Shown: piece after piece, positions 53,801 to 64,000 of the stretch
How positions within the stretch are numbered: position 1 is the stretch's first letter
Layout of the letters: each line of letters starts with the position of its first letter
From: Eledone cirrhosa
Taxonomy: Eukaryota
Direction: 5' to 3'
Length of the DNA: 64,000 nucleotides
NCBI GenBank assembly: GCA_964016885.1
Contig: OZ024752.1
Location: forward strand, 27,156,001-27,220,000
Program-made: the position numbers and the translations under genes
The notes under the pieces: model-generated
The model's database searches: none
Seen by the model: the letters and a program-made list of their open reading frames with translations, nothing else
Told to the model about the DNA's origin: nothing

Positions 53801-54532
53801 ACGAAGTGGTTGAAGTACCATATTTACAAGGAGGAGGCTAGCCCACTGTGCAGGATCTGTGGAGAGAGTGAGGAGACTGTGGCTCACATTGTGTCCGAGT
53901 GTAAACACCTAGCCCAGACTCACTATAAGGGCTGGAGACACGATGTGATGGGCAGGGTGATCCACTGGCACCTGTGCAAAGTAAACAATTTACCACATTC
54001 TGAGAAATGGTATGAGCATAGGCCAGAGGCGGTGATGGAGAACAATCAGGTGAAGGTGCTGTGGGATTTTAGGATACAGACGGACAAAAAACAGGAACAC
54101 AATAGACCTGACCTGGTGGTTGTGGACAAAGAAAAAAGATCGTGTCTGATTGTGGATGTGGCATGCCCGTTCGACACGAGAGTGCAAGAGAAGGAGAGGG
54201 AGAAAATTAACCGATACCAGGACCTAAAGTGGGAGGTGAAAAGGATTTGGAACTGCCATGAAGTCAAAGTGATCCCGATTGTCATAGGCGCACTGGGGAC
54301 TATCTCCAAAAGTTTCCAGGGATGGTTAAAGAAAATCGGCCCCTTCACGCTTTTTGGAACGCTTCAAAAGGCATGCTTGCTTGGAACAGCAAGAACCCTC
54401 CGATACGTCCTGAATATCTGAGGCTGCAGGTAGTGGCTTGATATTCATTCCAACGGACTTTCCAGTTAACCAACATCAATGACTGATATTCAAGGAATAA
54501 CAACAACAATAATAATAATAATAATAATAATA
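50850..54532 (+). mobile_element. Near full-length R4/Dong-like family B element (5' boundary uncertain)
   Basis: ATG at 51028, premature TAA at 51169, RT ORF to 53568, +1 shift to CCHC/RLE ORF ending 54421, 3' UTR and (TAA)n tail. Confidence 0.88.
51028..54421 (+). pseudogene. RT plus restriction-like endonuclease ORF of the family B element, disabled by one stop and one frameshift
   Basis: N-terminal RTNWTK*LNRTVMQCY, full RT motifs, CRICG..ETVAHIVSEC, RHD, RPD..D..K. Confidence 0.85.
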
Positions 54533-56481
<1,949 letters not shown>

Positions 56482-56502
56482 CATAATAATAATAAAAATA
56501 AT

Positions 56503-56571
56503 GAGAAGAAGAAGAAGAAGAAGAAGAAGAAGAAGAAGAAGAAGAAGAAGAAGAAGAAGAAGAAGAAGAAG

Positions 56572-56601
<30 letters not shown>
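56503..56601. repeat. (AAG)n microsatellite, right border of the array
   Basis: Direct reading. Confidence 0.95.
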
Positions 56602-56602
<1 letters not shown>

Positions 56603-57293
56603 GATAGACAGAGAAACAAACAAAGATAAAGTAGAGTGGCTGCTAGGTAGAAGTGACCAACACAAGGAAAACCAATTATTCATTCCCACATTATCGCAGA
56701 TGAATCTACATTTCTTTACGTTTATAAGGTAATGTATGGAACAATAATTTACTGTTTGTTTTATTAGTTGAGACAGAAGGCTCTGGAGACTTCTAGGGAA
56801 ATGTTATGATCACTTGAATAATTGAACACATAAACATCTTTAGTCTGAAACTAGCCATATAAGAATATAACGTAGATCATAAAATGTTATTGATACCAAG
56901 AAACGAGTTTTTCTCATCACAAATTTCCTTATGTATATTTTATATATACAAATAAATATATTCTATTCTATTACTGATTTTGGCTGTTCGTCTGTGGTCA
57001 AACTGGGTTTTCTCATTTAAGTATTTTAACCACTTAGCGACTTATTTTCGGTTGTTTATGTGTTGAATCATTATGTTTAAAAAGATGAGGACACACAATT
57101 TCAATACGTCAGTTGAGTTGTGCAATATATATATCATATAGGTGACTGTGAGCCACTCGTCTGTGAAACGCACGTTTCAGGTCGATATTCAATAAAAACA
57201 TTGAAACATGTAAACGAACTTCATCATGTTTTCTTATACTCACACATACACACGCACACACCATACACACACACGCGCACCCACAAACACACA

Positions 57294-57433
<140 letters not shown>

Positions 57434-57441
57434 ATATATAT

Positions 57442-57533
<92 letters not shown>

Positions 57534-57899
57534 TAGATATATACCATTATCTGCGTTTGAATTCCCACTTATGAACGAATAAGCCATGGATATGTAAACA
57601 TAGAGCTAATACATGACATTTACTAAACGGCCATTATTCTTAAAGGTTTGTAGAATATACATTTCATGATAGTAGAAGAATATGAGGCTAAGAGATTGAT
57701 CGTAGCAGAGCCATTCCAAATCAGGTATCAATCGTTGAAAATATATAATTTTGTTTACTTAAGCAACATGCCAAACATCCAAGGGCGCTCAAACTTTTGT
57801 TAAAAGCCACACTTCCAGGCATATGGATATACGCAAACATGATTCGGTATTCTTTCAATATTTGAAGATTGATTTTCCTTTTATGCCCAAAATAATAAA

Positions 57900-58190
57900 A
57901 TACTGTGAAGAAAAAATACATTATTATATATGTTGCTAAACGTAATCCTCATTTTCTATAGCATTACTATCCAAATATTAGATTAATGTTTATACTGCAA
58001 AATACAACATTGCTTATGAAACCAATGGATCAAAGAATTATTGCACATTTCAGAGTTTATTATCTGTGGCAGACATTTTAACAGTTAATAAATGCTATTA
58101 ATAATAAAAGAAGCCCAACACTAAAATAATCCGAGAAACCATTCAATATTCTGTATGCATTAACATGCTTAAAGGAGCTTGGAACAATGA
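57900..58190 (+). mobile_element. Tigger/pogo DDE transposase remnant
   Basis: HYYPNIRLMFILQNTTLLMKPMDQRIIAHFRVYYLWQTF* resembles the pogo motif FLPPNTTSLIQPMDQGII..FK.YY. Confidence 0.65.
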
Positions 58191-58959
58191 TGCGAAGAAA
58201 AAGTTATGAAAAACATTTGCAGTATTCAGAATCTGTAATTTATTGAAAATTTCAAAGGGAATCAAGAATAGTAGTAATTCTTCGAAGTGAAAGAAAAATG
58301 ACGGTTGGGATTATTAATCAATTACGCCTTGATCTTTCCACAAATGACAACAATGAAATATTTCCGTCACACAGATAATAGTTCGCAAATAAAGATCACG
58401 TTAAAATGTAAGAACGTTATAACAAGTTGAAGGAAATCTAATAATAGAAATCCCTCTTTATTCTTTCAAATGTTAAATAATTTAACGAAACATTTTCATG
58501 TAATAAAATAAGTGATTATCAGTTTTAAGTGCCGTGGTTCAATAATCAATTGAGGTATAATATTATTTTAAGAAGATTTACTAAATATGTATACTATATT
58601 AACTAATTGGTTATACGTAAACTGTTGTTGAATTGCAACCTTGGTAACTTTGTACAAAGGATGATGTATCAAATTCAAGTACAGAGAATTTAACTAACAT
58701 TCATAACAATATTTGAAACTTTGAAACCAATTAAATCATTTATATGTAATATATATGTACAGGATGTACCAAAAAGACTATATTTGAAAAGGCTATTATG
58801 TTATAAATGAATGACCGTATAATCATGCAGTAATCTGTACAATATGTGTCAGAATATAAAACTGTATTATTTTTTTATAACTTTTATAAATGTTTATAAA
58901 GTTATTTACACATTGAGCATTTGTAAAAATTGCAAATAAAATCGCAGGATTCTGGTTGA

Positions 58960-59161
<202 letters not shown>

Positions 59162-59355
59162 AAAAGGACGATGTATGTCTTCATTACGTTTATTGAATAG
59201 TGACGTGCGTTACGTTATTGATCAGCTCAAGGTTCGATCTGTATCGATCTAGCCCGACTCTCGAATAAAATATCTTCAGACCTCTGTTGTGGTAATGACA
59301 GAATGAACCTCTTAGAGCGTGATATGTATATGTATAAATAAATATATATATATAT

Positions 59356-59551
59356 AGTTTTAAAATAGATGAGATTCTACAGGACTCGAACTGTTTCATT
59401 CTTTAGAAATCATCAGGAGATTCCTGATGATTTCTAAAGAATGAAACAGTTCTAGTCCTGTAGAATCTCATCTATTTTAAAACTTTTATACTCTGCAATG
59501 TATTGAGTACCTTACTTACTGTGCTTACCTCCGATTCAACCCGGAATAACG

Positions 59552-59553
<2 letters not shown>
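59356..59553 (+). mobile_element. Fold-back PLE family D with HHR at 59418-59468
   Basis: Inverted arms centred near 59419; same tail as 40520-40602. Confidence 0.75.
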
Positions 59554-59594
<41 letters not shown>

Positions 59595-60289
59595 TTTATA
59601 AATAACAATCAAAGAGTGTGTTTAAAACATTTAATCACTTACGATCGTTCCATCCTAGCACAATTCCAAATTCATCGTCGTATATAGTAAAGGTTGAAAC
59701 ACAAATATAATATCCATGCAACCTCTTTATCTAATTTCATATCATTTTTGAAGATTAATAATACACCTTACACCTGACCTGGAATGTGATTGCAAAACAT
59801 TCTTCTTATAATCTCCCCCAATACATTTTGTAACCTTTGCCATCTTGAGTCCCATACTATTATTTATTCTAAATTAAATTTATTAAAAAGGAAATATGGG
59901 GTTTTTTCACTTGTCCTCATATTAATCACCATACATTTTACTATTTTAAACCTAGTGACTAACTTATACCAATGTAGACCTTATTTCTTTTAGTAACATT
60001 AGTATTATTGCACTCTTATTACATCCCCCTTCTGATCACTTCAATTGTGATTACAATTTATTATAACCACCCCTTCACATTTAAGCACCTTATTATTCTA
60101 TTATTTTATTATATTATTTTTAATAAGCCCCACTTTTATTTGAATTTATTTTTGCTAATATTATATTATATATTAATCATTGCCTCACTCTCTATTTTTT
60201 CAATTGTACATCTTCAATACTTATATAATTTATTAAATATATAATTAACTAGTAAAATTCTTTATCCTTTAATATTATTTAACATATGT

Positions 60290-60623
60290 TGCGGCCCTTT
60301 ATGATCTGAGTTCAAATCCCGCCGAGGTTAACTTTGCCTTTCATCTTTACGAGGTCGATAAAATAAAGTACCAGTAATGCACTGGGATAATTGCTGGCCT
60401 TGTGCCAAAAATAGAAACAATTATTTATATATCAGGTGGATTGGCAGTATCGTTAGGAGGTCGGACGCCATGCTTTGACGCATAAAGTTACGGCCCTTGC
60501 CATTCTGAGATCAAATGCCACCGAGGTTAACTTTGCCTTTCATCCTTACGGGATCGATAAAATAAAGTACCAGTAATGCACTGAGATAATTGCTGACCTT
60601 ACGCCAAAAGTAGAAACAATTAT
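60290..60623 (+). mobile_element. Two tandem SINE family A copies (first 5'-truncated)
   Basis: 60290-60423 and 60434-60623 match family A. Confidence 0.78.
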
Positions 60624-61086
60624 TAAAAATATCTTATATTTGAACTGCACACCTGCTCTTAACTTTATAAACTTTTGCAATGCTTATGACACATGTTTAT
60701 TTACTAATTATGATATATGTCTTGCACTATACTTAACATTTCTGTAGAAGCATGTTTATCTACAACAGCATGTTTTTTAAATTGTTATTGCTTTTAGCTG
60801 CTCCTAATTTTATTTTATTGCATTTATATGCGCATATTGTCCATATGCTTCTACTGTCTTTGCTACATAAATGTAGATACTTATACTTACTTCCCATATT
60901 ATGTATCCTCCTAATGTTCTTATGGCAAACATCTGATATTATTTTTGTGTTTCAACCTTTATTATATACTCCGATGTTATCGGCCTTGTACTAGGATGAA
61001 ACCACCGTAAATGATTATATGTTCTAAACACTGTTTGATTGTTATTTATAAATATTTCAGCTCTTGCTATTTTACATTGAGCAAAA

Positions 61087-61275
61087 GGGCGGAGGATTGG
61101 CAGTATCAGTAGAGGGTCGGACGCCATGCTTTCCAGCATAGTTACGTCCCTTTACGATCTGAGTTCAAATCCCGCCGAGGTTGACTTTGCCTTTCATCCT
61201 TACGGGGTCGATAAAATAAAGTACCAGTAATGCACTGGGTAATTGCTGGCCTTGTGCCTAAAGTAGAGACAGTTA
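61087..61275 (+). mobile_element. SINE family A with TSD
   Basis: tattttacattgagc on both sides. Confidence 0.85.
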
Positions 61276-61408
61276 TTTTACATTGAGCTATTCTCATACT
61301 TGCAATTGGATAATATTAAATATTACCCACCCACATTACATATAGATATACATACACACACAGAGACACACATGCACACATACATACATACATGAATATA
61401 TATATATA

Positions 61409-61453
<45 letters not shown>

Positions 61454-61456
<3 letters not shown>

Positions 61457-61643
61457 AACCAGTAAGACCCCGACAGCTGAGCTCAAGCCGTTTCGACGGC
61501 TAATTCTGGACTGAATTAGCCGTCGAAACGGCTTGAGCTCAGCTGTCGGGGTCTTACTGGTTCCTATTACCCACTCTACTACCCCAAGTATTGAGTACTT
61601 TGGTGCGTTATGGTCCACCTGGTTCCTTACCACATTTCCTTCG

Positions 61644-61645
<2 letters not shown>
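61454..61645 (+). mobile_element. Fold-back family C with perfect ~53-bp hairpin arms
   Basis: 61454-61506 pairs with 61513-61565 around a tggact loop; contains the HHR 3' half GAAA cggct-tgagctc-agctg TC gggg. Confidence 0.72.
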
Positions 61646-61720
<75 letters not shown>

Positions 61721-62162
61721 TATATATATATATATGCATGTATGTATGTATGTATGTGTGTATATAAATATATATAGAGAGATAGAGAGATAGATACATA
61801 CATAGATTTATATTTTCGCATACTATTGCACATATATAATTGTACAAACATTGCATTTCACATATATATGTATTTCATTTAATTGCACAAACACTAAAAA
61901 GACCTGTGTTTCCATAAAAAAACAAATCATGCTTGTTACTTAATCTTATTCCAAAGAAAATAAGAATAACATAGGTTTCCCTGGAAGTGAAGTGATATTC
62001 AAGTTTGAAATCTGTTTAAAACTTCCCCAAAGAAAGAGGGGGAAAAAACAGACATTTTGAATATATACTGTAGGAATAAAACAGCAGAAACGAATAAATA
62101 ACTAAATGAAATACATAGCACAACACACACACACACAGACACCGACACACACACACACATAC

Positions 62163-62195
<33 letters not shown>

Positions 62196-62776
62196 CACAG
62201 ACACCCACACACATATATATATATATAAATGTATGTGTGTGGGTGTATATCTAACTATTTATAATGATATGTCCGTTTGTGTAATCGCATGTGTCTATTT
62301 GTATAATGTATCTTTTTCGTGGGGAGGGAGTAATCTTAAATTGATTATTAAGAAAAACATAAAATATGTTGCATATTTATATGATATTATCATTTATCTT
62401 AATGATTTTGTAATTTCTTTCCTATCAAAATTTGATAAACTGAGAAAAATTGCAAATGGCTGCTGAAAACACTTCATTTAAAATCATAAACGTAGAATAA
62501 AAATAATACTATATAACTTCTTTAAAGAAAATTACAGCGATTTGAAATAAATAAGAACTGAAGTTCTCGATGAAAATAAATTTAAGTGTTAGCAAACTAG
62601 AACAGATACAGTAAGCTGTTATATTTTCCGCATATTTACATGACAAGCACAAAAACAGACACGATACATACACAAAAACATAACACACACACATGTATAT
62701 ATTGATTTATATAAAAATAAAATAACCAGGATGGTTGTGTTATCAACAAACCACGCACACACACACACACACACGC

Positions 62777-62874
<98 letters not shown>

Positions 62875-62979
62875 ATGTATGTATGTATGTATGTATGTAT
62901 GTATGTATGTATATATATAAAGAATATAAAGAATAAAATAACCAGGATGGTTGTCTTATCAACTTGTCTAAACAAATTA

Positions 62980-64000
62980 CATCGTTCCTGTGTCAGTGTT
63001 GAACAAAAAGGTGACGTGGTTGCCTTAACACCGTATGGCATAAATTCAGGCTGTTCAGTTTGTTTACAAACGAACAAAGCGACGTTAGCGCCGCTAAACT
63101 GATACGTGCATATATGTATGTGTACCTGTATGCATATGTATGTATATATGTATATATATATATATATATGTGCATGCTACTGTACGTCTGTATACATATA
63201 TGTATGTACGTATACATGCATACTTACATTTAAGTAAGTGCCATACTAAGAGTGAGAAATGAAATTTCGTTTTCATTTTGTTTCAATTTATCGTTTTCGG
63301 TATGCCTGACCGATTTAACTCACTCAATATGCAAATTAGGCTGCTCAGCCGTTAATTTTCATAAGGAAAGTATATACTTTCGAACGTTCAACTATCTGGC
63401 AGATGGGTAAACGGTGCTGATGATAGCTAACAAGCTTGAAACTAGTACATCGTTCCTGTGTCAGTGTTGAACAAAAAGGTGACGTGGTTGCCTTAACACC
63501 GTATGGCATAAATTCAGGCTGTTCAGTTTGTTTACAAACGAACAAAGCGACGTTGGCGCCGCTAAACTGATACGTGCATATATGTATGTGTACCTGTATG
63601 CATATGTATGTATATATGTATATATATATATATATATATGTGCATGCTACTGTACGTCTGTATACATATATGTATGTACGTATACATGCATACTTACATT
63701 TAAGTAAGTGCCATACTAAGAGTGAGAAATGAAATTTCGTTTTCATTTTGTTTCAATTTATCGTTTTCGGTATGCCTGACCGATTTAACTCACTCAATAT
63801 GCAAATTAGGCTGCTCAGCCGTTAATTTTCATAAGGAAAGTATATACTTTCGAACGTTCAACTATCTGGCAGATGGGTAAACGGTGCTGATGATAGCTAA
63901 CAAGCTTGAAACTAGTACATCGTTCCTGTGTCAGTGTTGAACAAAAAGGTGACGTGGTTGCCTTAACACCGTATGGCATAAATTCAGGCTGTTCAGTTTG
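62980..64000 (+). mobile_element. Retrozyme family 1 tandem array (more than 2 units, runs off the window)
   Basis: HHRs at 63411-63453 and 63881-63923; array starts at catcgttcc, the predicted 3' cleavage product. Confidence 0.88.

Overview
AT-rich, microsatellite-dense animal DNA, very probably cephalopod (octopus-like); the assignment is inferred from the gene and the repeat landscape. The only host gene I can support is the 3' part of a + strand S-crystallin / sigma-class GST gene: exons 9578-9685 and 12369-12533, plus a probable 42-nt exon at 553-594. The rest is mobile DNA: tRNA-derived SINEs, a 5S rRNA fragment, RTE derivatives, CRE and Tigger/pogo remnants, MITEs, several Penelope-like elements (PLEs) and a ~10 kb array of R4/Dong-type non-LTR elements in (TAA)n/(AAG)n tracts. 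The main result is a dense set of type I hammerhead ribozyme (HHR) motifs, more than 25 read by eye. Many sit in three unrelated non-coding repeat families (units of ~474, 591 and ~699 nt) that look like PLE-mobilised retrozymes. Two insertions begin at the predicted self-cleavage site. One family carries the covariant U3-A8 core. Eight HHRs lie on the sense strand just upstream of the 9578 exon, in what is probably a crystallin/GST intron. All folds were worked out by hand and none has been tested for activity. Most ORFs in the supplied track are microsatellite artefacts.
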